From a phage, in the sequence record PZ445407.1: DNA of 47,731 nucleotides, one strand, 5' to 3'. Positions 1-8,763 of this stretch are shown one piece after another (the stretch's first letter is position 1; the number at the start of each line of letters is the position of its first letter). The position numbers were made by a program, and so were the translations under genes. The notes under the pieces were generated by a model. That model saw only the letters and a list, made by a program, of their open reading frames with translations, was not told the origin of the DNA and made no database searches.

Positions 1-41
1 GCACGAATTGCCAAACACAAAAGCCACGGATGGCGTATAGT
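1..41 (+). promoter_or_regulatory. palindrome-type promoter (half-palindrome completed by window end) for 72..449
   Basis: gcacgaattgcca + 22 bp + TATAGT (36..41); near-identical to copy at 43335. Confidence 0.5.
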
Positions 42-71
42 CACTTCACACAAACGAGAGGAGTTAAACAA

Positions 72-449
72 ATGACAAACACTTCAAAGGCTGTATATAT
101 TGGGAACAATGATGACAAGTATTGTGGATTCACTCCGGGAAATGAATACGACGTTTGCGTTCTTGATGATGGATTTTTGGGGGTTTACGATGATGATGAT
201 ATTCACCGTTGCATTAAAAACGGAACGTTACACGAGTTCAAGCTCGATTGTGAGGATGGTCATTTTGTAACTGAGACTGAGTGCGAAGTCATGCCGCCTA
301 TCGACAATAAAAAGCCAGAGCTTAGATATTACATAAATGGTCATGAGGTTGACATGGTTGAGTTCGGAAATGTGCGCTATACTGTAGAGCAGCTTAATGA
401 GGATGGCGTAAAATGCGACACAATCAAGTTCGAAGTAAAATTCGAGTAA
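72..449 (+). CDS. hypothetical protein, moron-like; paralog of 12195..12569
   Basis: ATG at 72 in frame with ORF 30..449, RBS gagg upstream; preceded by palindrome promoter; C-terminus (KFEVKFE) matches 12195..12569 (DFEVSFE). Confidence 0.5.
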   Translation: MTNTSKAVYIGNNDDKYCGFTPGNEYDVCVLDDGFLGVYDDDDIHRCIKNGTLHEFKLDCEDGHFVTETECEVMPPIDNKKPELRYYINGHEVDMVEFGNVRYTVEQLNEDGVKCDTIKFEVKFE

Positions 450-470
450 CCACAAAAGCTGTGATAAACT

Positions 471-494
471 AGCCCCTGTTATGGGGCTTTTTAT
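471..494 (+). terminator. rho-independent terminator
   Basis: hairpin agcccc-tgttat-ggggct + T-run. Confidence 0.5.
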
Positions 495-505
495 TGGAGA
501 AAAAC

Positions 506-1768
506 ATGGTCAAGACAGACAGCTACGCCAATATCTTTCTCGGCGGCAGTGATGGTAGTGAGATTTACGGGAGTTTGCAGAATCAGGCGCCCACAATTCT
601 GGCCTCGCTTTATGCTGACAATGCTCTGGTGCGTCGAATTATCGACACAATACCGGAGACAGCATTAGCGGCAGGATTCCACATTGATGGTATTGATGAT
701 GAATCTGAATTCTGGTCTCACTGGGACGACCTGGAGCTAACAAAACACATCAATGAAGCCTGGTCATGGGCTAGATTGTTCGGTGGGTCTGCAATTGTTG
801 CTATCGTTAAGGACAATAGGGCGCTAACAAGTCCGGTCAGAGAAGGTGCCGAGCTTGAAACGGTTCGCGTTTACGACCGCACACAAGTAAAAGTACAAAC
901 CCGAGAGGAGAACCCACGCAACTCGCGCTTTGGTAAGCCGCTAACCTATCGCATCACAACAAACGAAAGCGATATGTTCTATGATGTGCATTACACCCGC
1001 ATTCACATCATTGACGGAGAGCGAGTCCCTAACGTAATGCGCCGTCAGAATGATGGATGGGGTAGAAGTGTTCTTTCTAGTGATATTCTTGACTCAATCA
1101 AGGATTACACGAACTGTGAACGACTTGCCACGCAATTACTGAAGCGTAAGCAGCAGGCGGTCTGGAAGGCGAAAGGGCTTGCTGAGTTGTGTGATGACAG
1201 CGAAGGATTTGGCGCGGCTCGATTACGACTTGCTCAGGTTGATAACAATAGTGGCGTGGGTCAGGCAATTGGCATTGACGCAGAATCTGAAGAGTACAGT
1301 GTTCTAAACTCTGATATCGGCGGGATTGATGCGTTTCTGGATAAGAAGTTTGACCGAATCGTTGCTCTGAGCGGCATTCATGAAATCATCCTGAAGAACA
1401 AGAACGTTGGCGGTGTATCTTCAAGCCAGAATACGGCGCTTGAGACATTCCACAAGCTGGTTGACCGCAAGCGTAATGCTGAGCTTCTGCCTATTCTTGA
1501 GTTCTTAATCCCGTTCATTGTTAATGTAGAAGAATGGTCAGTAGAGTTTAATCCTTTAGCGCAGGAGTCGAGCAAGGATAAAGCAGAGATTCTGGAGAAG
1601 AACGTAAACAGCATTGCGGCACTAATTGCAGCTGGCGCTATGGATACTAACGAGGCTCGTGATACACTACGAACTATCGCACCAGAGATTAAGATTGGTG
1701 ATGGAAATATCGAACCTGAAGAACCATCTAAGGAAGTAATCGCGACGACAGAGGAATCTAATGAATGA
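506..1768 (+). CDS. portal protein (putative)
   Basis: ~420 aa ORF immediately downstream of the terminase genes across the junction; ATG 506 preceded by ggag; position-based call. Confidence 0.55.
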   Translation: MVKTDSYANIFLGGSDGSEIYGSLQNQAPTILASLYADNALVRRIIDTIPETALAAGFHIDGIDDESEFWSHWDDLELTKHINEAWSWARLFGGSAIVAIVKDNRALTSPVREGAELETVRVYDRTQVKVQTREENPRNSRFGKPLTYRITTNESDMFYDVHYTRIHIIDGERVPNVMRRQNDGWGRSVLSSDILDSIKDYTNCERLATQLLKRKQQAVWKAKGLAELCDDSEGFGAARLRLAQVDNNSGVGQAIGIDAESEEYSVLNSDIGGIDAFLDKKFDRIVALSGIHEIILKNKNVGGVSSSQNTALETFHKLVDRKRNAELLPILEFLIPFIVNVEEWSVEFNPLAQESSKDKAEILEKNVNSIAALIAAGAMDTNEARDTLRTIAPEIKIGDGNIEPEEPSKEVIATTEESNE

Positions 1769-1801
1769 TGAATTTGATGGATTTTAGTGAGGAGAATTGG
1801 G

Positions 1802-2890
1802 ATGTATAAAGTCCGCTATGACAGCGCAAAGTTTAAGGCAACAATCGACGAGAATGGATTCTTAGTCGATACGCCTGTGGTAGCGCGCCTCGGCGTGCAA
1901 GTCTACTACATGGAGGATGGTCGCACGGTTCGAGAGTTTCGCCCAGCAGAGGAAGTTTTCAAGGATGAATCCCTCGCAAGCTACCAGGGTAAGCCAATGA
2001 CCCTGGATCACGTCTTCGTTAACTCTGAGAACGCTAAAGAGGTGGTAGTAGGTTCAGTTTCTGGCAAAGCTGAACCTCTTGGCAGTTCAGTGGTTGCGCC
2101 AATCGTTATTTACGACAACGCAGCCATTCAGGAAGCTATGGCAGGTAACGCCAAGGAGTTGTCAGTCGGATACTCTGCAATTCTTGACGAAACCCCAGGA
2201 TGGGGAGACCCTGCTACTGGCGAGTACATCCTTAAATCTGATGCTGATGAGAAATTCGATGCACCAGAAGGATGGCAGGAGTTCGACGCAATTCAGCGTG
2301 ACATTAAAGTGAACCATCTCGCAATGGTATATCGCGGTCGCGCAGGTATTGCCAAATTGAATATGGACGGTGAGCAGGAAAACCCGTATACTACTGACGT
2401 TGATATCAATAAAGAGGATAAACAGGAAATGATTAAGATTAAACTCGACGGCGCGCAGGAATTTGAGGTCGCACCGGAAGTCGCTTCTCACATCGAAGCG
2501 CTGAACGCAAAGGCTGATACCGCAATCGCAGAGCGCGACGCACTGAAAGCTAAAGTAGACGCAATGCCTGCCGAAATCGAGGCTGCCGTAGCTAAAGCTA
2601 AAGCAGACGCTGAAGCACTAGCTGCCCTGGTTGCTGTTGCCGCTGAAGCTGGTGTGAAAGCTGACGGTCTGGATGCTAAAGGCATTAAAGTTGCTTACGT
2701 TAAAGAAGTCTCCGGCCTTGATGTTGCTGAGAAATCCGACGCGTACATCGACGCAGCGTTCGACATTGCCAAAGATTCTGATAAAATGGCTGAAGTACGT
2801 AAAGCAACTAACGCTTCCAACAAATCTGACAGCGCCGATGAGCCTAAGAAATTAGACCCGCGTGCTCGTTTAGCTAAAATTAAGAAATAA
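1802..2890 (+). CDS. head morphogenesis / scaffold-like protein (putative)
   Basis: ATG 1802 after gaggag; Ala/Lys/Glu-rich C-terminal region typical of scaffold coiled coils; lies between portal and capsid. Confidence 0.4.
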   Translation: MYKVRYDSAKFKATIDENGFLVDTPVVARLGVQVYYMEDGRTVREFRPAEEVFKDESLASYQGKPMTLDHVFVNSENAKEVVVGSVSGKAEPLGSSVVAPIVIYDNAAIQEAMAGNAKELSVGYSAILDETPGWGDPATGEYILKSDADEKFDAPEGWQEFDAIQRDIKVNHLAMVYRGRAGIAKLNMDGEQENPYTTDVDINKEDKQEMIKIKLDGAQEFEVAPEVASHIEALNAKADTAIAERDALKAKVDAMPAEIEAAVAKAKADAEALAALVAVAAEAGVKADGLDAKGIKVAYVKEVSGLDVAEKSDAYIDAAFDIAKDSDKMAEVRKATNASNKSDSADEPKKLDPRARLAKIKK

Positions 2891-2902
2891 GGAGTTATAA
2901 AC

Positions 2903-3424
2903 ATGGCAATTCGTTCCGTAGCACTGGCTGGTATGGTTTCTGATACCTCTCTGTATAACATCGACGGCGCTTGCGTAGTTGGTGGTAGTGATGCAATTCC
3001 GGTTGGTACTGTTGTTGGAGTTACATCCGCTCAGCCTGTGGATGGTCACAAGGTTGTTGGCCTCCCTGCTGTGACTGGCACACCAGTTAAACCTTATGGT
3101 GTTGTTGTTAAATCTCATTACGAGACACCGGATGGCACCGCTCGCGTAAATGAAGCAGTTAACGTAATGACTCATGGTCGAATCTGGGTTCGAACCACTT
3201 TAGAAGCTGCGCCAGATTTTGGTAGTAAGGTTTTCGTAAACGCAAGTGGCGTTGTTGCTACCGAAGCAGCAGGCACTACTTGGGAGACTGGCTTTACATT
3301 TGCTGGCGGTTATGTGTCTGCCTATGCTGGCGGCGCCAACCCAATTCAGCAAGGAGAAAGCGTTGATGGTGCACTAGTTGAGGTTCAGCTTATTCAATCC
3401 GCAGACTCAACTGTTGCAGCTTAA
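2903..3424 (+). CDS. putative head structural / decoration protein
   Basis: RBS aaggag; Gly/Val/Thr-rich; followed by terminator hairpin. Confidence 0.35.
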   Translation: MAIRSVALAGMVSDTSLYNIDGACVVGGSDAIPVGTVVGVTSAQPVDGHKVVGLPAVTGTPVKPYGVVVKSHYETPDGTARVNEAVNVMTHGRIWVRTTLEAAPDFGSKVFVNASGVVATEAAGTTWETGFTFAGGYVSAYAGGANPIQQGESVDGALVEVQLIQSADSTVAA

Positions 3425-3430
3425 TTAGAT

Positions 3431-3450
3431 GGCCCTTCGGGGCCTTTTTT
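3431..3450 (+). terminator. rho-independent terminator
   Basis: ggccc-ttcg-gggcc + TTTTTT. Confidence 0.6.
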
Positions 3451-3466
3451 ACTATATGGGGATTTT

Positions 3467-3691
3467 ATGATAAAAATATTTTCTGGTGACTTCGAGTTCG
3501 CACATGAGGCTGATGCATTCCTTAATGATGCAATTTCCTCAGGATTCAAATATCTAGTCAGGTCGCTGAGCAAATCACCAATGATTCAGGCCTATAGTCG
3601 CAGCGATACAACTCCAGGAAAAGGGGTTATAAGAAAGGATGGAGTGAGAGTTTTGGGAGTGGCCCTATCTGACGACCCTAGATGTGGATAA
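3467..3691 (+). CDS. hypothetical protein
   Basis: ORF bracketed by terminators; same frame as the downstream ORF, separated by one TAA. Confidence 0.3.
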   Translation: MIKIFSGDFEFAHEADAFLNDAISSGFKYLVRSLSKSPMIQAYSRSDTTPGKGVIRKDGVRVLGVALSDDPRCG

Positions 3692-3787
3692 CTGGTTGAT
3701 GAATTTTCTGTTTTTAAGTCAGCGGAGTATGAGGAGTATACTCATGAGATTGATGGTGTATGGGTTAACTATATCCACAATGACTTC

Positions 3788-4009
3788 GTGAGTAAATTAA
3801 ATGATGGTTGGAGAACGGTTACAGACAGCGCATCCCCGCTAACCCACCACCCTCAGGTGTTGACGTGGTCATGGGAGTACAACTACTATTACACAAGATC
3901 ATCATCAACTTATGGTATTTGCTTTTTAGCTAGGTTTGCAAATCATGATTCAACTAAAAAATCTGGCTGGGCCTTAGTTAAGTACGAAGAGGTAGAAGCG
4001 CCACAGTAA
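3788..4009 (+). CDS. hypothetical protein (GTG start; frame open from 3692)
   Basis: ORF track; in frame with 3467..3691. Confidence 0.3.
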   Translation: MSKLNDGWRTVTDSASPLTHHPQVLTWSWEYNYYYTRSSSTYGICFLARFANHDSTKKSGWALVKYEEVEAPQ

Positions 4010-4015
4010 ATAAAG

Positions 4016-4033
4016 CCTCCTTCGGGAGGTTTT
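4016..4033 (+). terminator. rho-independent terminator
   Basis: cctcc-ttcg-ggagg + TTTT. Confidence 0.5.
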
Positions 4034-4043
4034 ACCGCCACCA

Positions 4044-4071
4044 TTGCGTGGGCTAAAAACTCGTGTATAAT
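4044..4071 (+). promoter_or_regulatory. sigma70-like promoter for major capsid gene (-35 TTGCGT, -10 TGTATAAT)
   Basis: Hexamers with 16-bp spacer and extended -10 TG. Confidence 0.45.
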
Positions 4072-4109
4072 GAACCCGTAGACACCTAACTGAAAAGGAA
4101 CAATAAAGA

Positions 4110-5054
4110 ATGGCCATTAAATTTGATGCAGAACAAGCAAAAATCACCGCCCACCTCGAGCAAATGGGCGTAGATAAAGCAGATGCCGCTGGTATCTGGA
4201 CCGTTAATCAGCTTACCGCTGCACTGAATCGTGCTTACGAGAAAGAGTATGCAGAGAACTCTGTCGTTAATATCTTCCCTGTAACAAATGAAATCCCTGG
4301 TCACGCGAAGTATTTCGAATATCCAGAATTCGACGGTGTTGGTATCGCTCAGATTATCGCTGATTACTCTGACGACCTGCCTCTGGTTGACGCTTTCATG
4401 ACTGAGAAGCAAGGTAAAGTATTCCGTTTCGGTAACGCATTCCTGATTTCTACTGATGAAATTAAAGCTGGCGCTGCAACTGGTCAGTCTCTGTCAACTC
4501 GCAAACAAGCGCTGGCATTCGAAGCGCACGACAACCTGTTGGACAAACTGGTTTGGTCTGGTTCCGCTCCGCACGGTATCGTAAGCGTATTCGATCAGCC
4601 GAACATCAACAACGTTGTTGCAACTCCAAACTGGAGCGTCCCGCAGAACGCAATTGATGACGTAACCGCGATGATTGATGCAGTTGAATCTTCAACTCAG
4701 GGCTTACATCATGTGACTGACATTCTGCTTCCAGCCTCTGCTCGCCGAGTAATGCAGCAACTGGTTCCGCAGACAAACCTGAGTTACGGCGAATTGTTCA
4801 CTCGTAACAACTCGGGCCTGACTATTCGCTTCTTGCAGTTCCTGGATAACTACGATGGAGCGGGTGGTAAAGCTGCTCTGGCGTTTGAAAAGAGTCCACT
4901 CAATATGTCTATCGAGATTCCAGAAGCTACTAACGTTCTTCCTGGTCAACCGAAAGATTTGCACTTTAAGTACCCTGTAACATCTAAAGCGACAGGTTTG
5001 ATTGTTTATCGCCCTCTGACGATGGCAGTAATCAAAGGCATTACCTTCGCGTAA
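4110..5054 (+). CDS. major capsid protein (putative)
   Basis: 314 aa ORF behind a strong sigma70-like promoter and followed by a strong terminator; position in head module. Confidence 0.6.
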   Translation: MAIKFDAEQAKITAHLEQMGVDKADAAGIWTVNQLTAALNRAYEKEYAENSVVNIFPVTNEIPGHAKYFEYPEFDGVGIAQIIADYSDDLPLVDAFMTEKQGKVFRFGNAFLISTDEIKAGAATGQSLSTRKQALAFEAHDNLLDKLVWSGSAPHGIVSVFDQPNINNVVATPNWSVPQNAIDDVTAMIDAVESSTQGLHHVTDILLPASARRVMQQLVPQTNLSYGELFTRNNSGLTIRFLQFLDNYDGAGGKAALAFEKSPLNMSIEIPEATNVLPGQPKDLHFKYPVTSKATGLIVYRPLTMAVIKGITFA

Positions 5055-5060
5055 TAAATC

Positions 5061-5082
5061 GCCCTCTTCGGAGGGCTTTTTT
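5061..5082 (+). terminator. rho-independent terminator after major capsid gene
   Basis: gccctc-ttcg-gagggc + TTTTTT. Confidence 0.65.
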
Positions 5083-5147
5083 ACGTCTGTACCAAATGGA
5101 ATTGTTGGGTTATAATCACTCAATCAGATAAACAAAGGAGAAAAAAA

Positions 5148-5393
5148 ATGATTCGCTTAGAACACACTGGCGCTTGCCTTATCGTCTACAAGGGTGAGAA
5201 ATATTTGCCTGGTGATACTTTCGAGGTTGATGCAATTTGCGACGGACTCAAGCGCCTAATCGCAGAGGGTAAGCTCACCATTGAGGGTGACGCTAAGGCA
5301 ACCAAGCAGATCGCGCAGGAAATTGTTAGCAAGAAGAAGCGCAAAGAACCGAAAACCATCTCCGAAGCTGAGACTGGTAACGAGTACAAATAA
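5148..5393 (+). CDS. hypothetical head-module protein
   Basis: ORF with RBS aaaggag; terminator downstream. Confidence 0.4.
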   Translation: MIRLEHTGACLIVYKGEKYLPGDTFEVDAICDGLKRLIAEGKLTIEGDAKATKQIAQEIVSKKKRKEPKTISEAETGNEYK

Positions 5394-5433
5394 CAAAAGG
5401 GCGCTTCGGCGTCCTTTATTGTATGGAGCTAAT

Positions 5434-5835
5434 ATGAATGATGCAATTTTGGCGTTTATGCGATCGCTTGTTCCTGCGCTTAAAGCGGTGGATGACGAAT
5501 CAATTAATGTATGGATCGATTTGGCACGTCTCTACGTATGTGAGAGCAAGTTTGGCAATGATGCTGATCGCGCTGTGGGCCTTTATGCCTTGCACCTGAT
5601 GCTTTCTGATGGCGCATTTAAGGGTGAGAATGAAGGCTTGGAAACATACAGTCGTAGAATGGCAAGTTATGCACTGAGCGGTGAGTTCTCTATCACTTAT
5701 GATAATCAATCAGCAATCCAGGGTGACTTATCATCTTCCTCATGGGGTCGTATGTACAAGGCACTTCTCCGCAAGAAAGGTGGTGGCTTTGGTTTGATTA
5801 CTTCCGCTCGTAGCGGTGGGTGCGGTTGCCGATGA
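5434..5835 (+). CDS. head-tail connector / adaptor (putative)
   Basis: ATG 5434 with ggag RBS; start of a chain of overlapping genes between capsid and major tail. Confidence 0.4.
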   Translation: MNDAILAFMRSLVPALKAVDDESINVWIDLARLYVCESKFGNDADRAVGLYALHLMLSDGAFKGENEGLETYSRRMASYALSGEFSITYDNQSAIQGDLSSSSWGRMYKALLRKKGGGFGLITSARSGGCGCR

Positions 5836-6203
5836 ACTACAACGAAATAGAATCAATCACTCGTGCTGGCATTAACTTCTTTAGTGATGCCAGCGGCGTT
5901 TATGAAATGAGTACGGGAGCTGGATATGTTGAAATCGTTAACGGCGTTGAGGTTGAGGTTCCTTCGCAAACATTTCAGCTAAAGGGCTTGGTGCGAGAAA
6001 TCAAGACGCGAGATATCGATGGCGAGTTTATCCAGTTTGGCGATAAGCGCGGAATCTTCACGGCCCAGGTGGAAATCAAGCAGGGTTATCAGATTAAGGT
6101 TGATGGTGAGACTTTTGTTGTTGTTGACCCGCGCCCTGTTAAACCAACTGGCACGGTTGTTGGCTACCGTCCAATTCTTCGTAGGGTGGCTACTTATGGC
6201 TAG
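5832..6203 (+). CDS. head-tail joining protein (putative)
   Basis: ATGA overlap with upstream gene. Confidence 0.4.
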   Translation: MNYNEIESITRAGINFFSDASGVYEMSTGAGYVEIVNGVEVEVPSQTFQLKGLVREIKTRDIDGEFIQFGDKRGIFTAQVEIKQGYQIKVDGETFVVVDPRPVKPTGTVVGYRPILRRVATYG

Positions 6204-6633
6204 GAATATTGGAAGCGTGGTTACGTTTGAAAAATCTATTGCTGACTGGATTGACAGAGCGGAGGATGGTTTTGGGATTGTGGTAGCCAATACGGTTATC
6301 AAGACAGCCAGCGCAATTGTTGACCTTTCTCCTGTCGACACTGGTAGGTTTAAGGCTAACTGGCAAATCACCGCAAACTCGCCAGCCCAGCAGTCACTAA
6401 ACGAGTACGACCAGACTGGCGGTCAGACAAAAACATACCTCGCCAGACAGGCGAGAGCGGTTGCCAACTCAAAAGCTACAAGTGTTATTTATATTACCAA
6501 CCGACTTGACTACGCGGCTGATCTTGAGTACGGCGCATCAAACCAGGCTCCATCCGGTGTTTTAGGTGTGGTGCAAGCAAGGTTGGGTAGGTATTTTCAA
6601 GAGGCAGTGGAGGAGGCGCGTCGTGCAATATGA
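6196..6633 (+). CDS. tail completion / neck protein (putative)
   Basis: ATG 6196 overlapping upstream stop; position in module. Confidence 0.4.
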   Translation: MARNIGSVVTFEKSIADWIDRAEDGFGIVVANTVIKTASAIVDLSPVDTGRFKANWQITANSPAQQSLNEYDQTGGQTKTYLARQARAVANSKATSVIYITNRLDYAADLEYGASNQAPSGVLGVVQARLGRYFQEAVEEARRAI

Positions 6634-7024
6634 ATTATCATTAGCAGCAAGGAAGTTCGTCAACGATTTGCTGGTAAGTGAATTTCCAGTCAGGTATCCA
6701 GTTGCTTGGGAGAATGCTGCATTTACCCCTCCTGCAGACGGATCAATCTGGCTTAAGTACGACTACACAGAGGCAGACACCGTAACCTATGGGCTTAGCC
6801 GAAAGTGCAAATACTACGTAGGCATGGTGCAGATTTCTGTTTTCTTCAGTCCTGGCACTGGAATTGATAAGCCGAGACAAATCGCTAATCAATTGGCAGA
6901 ATCTATCGTTGATGGTACAATACTTGACAGCGGGACCATTTATGAGTCTGGAGTTGTTAACCCGGTTATCAAATCCAAGTCTGGGTGGTTTATCCCGGTT
7001 CGTTTTTATGTTCGTCTAGACTAA
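6623..7024 (+). CDS. neck / tail terminator protein (putative), GTG start
   Basis: GTG 6623 preceded by aggagg; start codon uncertain. Confidence 0.35.
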   Translation: MQYELSLAARKFVNDLLVSEFPVRYPVAWENAAFTPPADGSIWLKYDYTEADTVTYGLSRKCKYYVGMVQISVFFSPGTGIDKPRQIANQLAESIVDGTILDSGTIYESGVVNPVIKSKSGWFIPVRFYVRLD

Positions 7025-7038
7025 CAAAAGGAAAATAC

Positions 7039-7695
7039 ATGGCCCATTTATCAAACGGCACCCAAGTCTTCGTAGAAGGCTCTCGTGGTGATGCTATTTC
7101 TGTCACTGCAATCTCTAACGCCTCCAGACCAGTTCTAACCGTTGACGATGCTTCTGGCGTTGTTGTTGGTGATTACCTGTTGTTTACAGCATCTGCTTCT
7201 ACACTACTTGCTGATAAGCAAGTTCGAGTTACCGCTGTAACTGGTAACTCAATCACTGTTGAAGGTATCGATACCTCTAACACCACAAAATTCCCAACTG
7301 GCTTAACTGGTGAGGTAGTTAAGATTCTTTCCTGGTTCGAAGTTCCGTGTGTTCAGGACGTATCCACTGACGGTGGAGAGCAGCAGTTTGTTAACTTCCA
7401 GTGCCTTTCTGATGATCGTGAACAGCAGATTCCGACCTATAAATCTGCCGTAACAAACACCTTTACCTTCGCTCATGAGTACACTAACCCGGTTTATCCG
7501 GTTCTGCGTGAATATGATGAGTCTGGTCAGGTTGTCGCGATTCGACTGTATGTTCCACGCGCCCAGGAAATGCGCTTGCAGTCCGGCACTATCGCTTTCA
7601 ACGACACCCCCACCATTGGTGTTAACGAAATCGAAACGGTATCCATCGCAGTATCCATTCGTGGTCGCTTGTCCTCTGTGGCAGCTGAAGTTTAA
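7039..7695 (+). CDS. major tail protein (putative)
   Basis: ATG 7039; ~218 aa; upstream of chaperones and tape measure; terminator follows. Confidence 0.5.
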   Translation: MAHLSNGTQVFVEGSRGDAISVTAISNASRPVLTVDDASGVVVGDYLLFTASASTLLADKQVRVTAVTGNSITVEGIDTSNTTKFPTGLTGEVVKILSWFEVPCVQDVSTDGGEQQFVNFQCLSDDREQQIPTYKSAVTNTFTFAHEYTNPVYPVLREYDESGQVVAIRLYVPRAQEMRLQSGTIAFNDTPTIGVNEIETVSIAVSIRGRLSSVAAEV

Positions 7696-7703
7696 AACAC
7701 AAA

Positions 7704-7723
7704 CCCTCTTCGGAGGGTTTTTT
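7704..7723 (+). terminator. rho-independent terminator after major tail gene
   Basis: ccctc-ttcg-gaggg + TTTTTT. Confidence 0.65.
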
Positions 7724-7729
7724 ATTGCA

Positions 7730-7772
7730 TAGCATTTTTTGATAAAGCATTAATTTAATCTTCCTGTATAGT
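7730..7772 (+). promoter_or_regulatory. palindrome-type promoter (TAGCA-N5-TGATA, 22-bp spacer, -10 TATAGT)
   Basis: Direct read; leader TACCTCATCGAAACGAAA. Confidence 0.55.
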
Positions 7773-7805
7773 TACCTCATCGAAACGAAATGAGAGATTA
7801 AAGAA

Positions 7806-8054
7806 ATGAATAACGTTAAAAACATCATCAAGCTCGCTGCGGTTCTGGTTGCTTTTTATGCAGTGATTCAGATTGTTAATCCAACCGGCGAGGCTGATGC
7901 AAATAGCAAGGCAAACAAATATGCCGTTGAATTTGCTAAAGCTGAGCGAGCATGTCAGTCGCTTGTAGGTGGTAAAGTTGACCAAATCATGAAATATGGC
8001 AAAGAGGTTTGCAAGGACTCAGCCGCTAAGATTGCAAAAGAAAACACTAAGTAA
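7806..8054 (+). CDS. small secreted or membrane protein, moron-like
   Basis: Own palindrome promoter; hydrophobic N-terminal segment (IIKLAAVLVAFYAVIQIV). Confidence 0.4.
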   Translation: MNNVKNIIKLAAVLVAFYAVIQIVNPTGEADANSKANKYAVEFAKAERACQSLVGGKVDQIMKYGKEVCKDSAAKIAKENTK

Positions 8055-8093
8055 TAGAATACATACTCACAAACAATAAGAGGATTAACTAAG

Positions 8094-8408
8094 ATGGCAA
8101 AGTTCAAACTTTCACTGGCGGCACTTCCTGACTTTAAGCTGCCTGTAAAATTCAAGCTAGCTAACGACCAGGATGTAGAGGTTATTTTTACAGTCAAGCA
8201 CAAGAAGACATCGGAACTTCAGGAGTTGCTACAGAAAGAAGACTTGAGTACCAAAGAATTGATTATGGCAATCGCCTCTGATTGGGATCTGGAAGAAGAA
8301 TTTAATGAAGAAAACGTCATCGAGTTTGCTGATTTATTCCCATCCTCCACAGTTGCGCTTACTACCGCTTATATGCAAGCGCTCGCTGGTCAACGAGTAA
8401 AAAACTAA
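8094..8408 (+). CDS. tail assembly chaperone (G-like)
   Basis: Directly upstream of tape measure; ends just after slippery heptamer A_AAA_AAC. Confidence 0.55.
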   Translation: MAKFKLSLAALPDFKLPVKFKLANDQDVEVIFTVKHKKTSELQELLQKEDLSTKELIMAIASDWDLEEEFNEENVIEFADLFPSSTVALTTAYMQALAGQRVKN

Positions 8409-8728
8409 AACGAGCGGTGTATCTCCAGTACCAGTCAGACCCAACCGATGCCGAGCTGGAAGCTATTGGGATGCGCCGCTCTGATTATGAAGATGAAGAG
8501 CCTGAGGTTTTACACTTCGACGACAACATGATGAAGGCGTGGGACATTTACTGTTCAATGGCCACGCAATGGAGGGTTGGAGCTAACGGAGCTACAGGGC
8601 TAGATTACAACGTGCTAAACTTCCTCTTTAGAGTGTATAATGTCTCAGAAGAAGAATTGGTGCTCAGCGATTTACGCATCCTTGAAGCTAAGGCTCTTGA
8701 GATGATGGATAACCTGAGAAAAAAATAA
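8094..8728 (+). CDS. tail assembly chaperone GT-like fusion via -1 frameshift (predicted)
   Basis: ORF 8417..8728 is in the -1 frame relative to 8094..8408 and begins right at the slippery site. Confidence 0.4.
8399..8405 (+). other. -1 programmed frameshift slippery heptamer AAAAAAC
   Basis: X_XXY_YYZ heptamer in frame with the G-like ORF, 1 codon before its stop. Confidence 0.45.
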
Positions 8729-8747
8729 CCCGCTTCGGCGGGTTTTC
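8729..8747 (+). terminator. rho-independent terminator / attenuator before tape measure
   Basis: cccgc-ttcg-gcggg + TTTTC. Confidence 0.5.
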
Positions 8748-8763
8748 TATTATGGAGGCTTAG

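Noticed and set aside
2488-2685. Minus-strand Ala-rich ORF
   Set aside because: Antisense to the Ala-rich coiled-coil region of 1802..2890; mirror-image low-complexity ORF.
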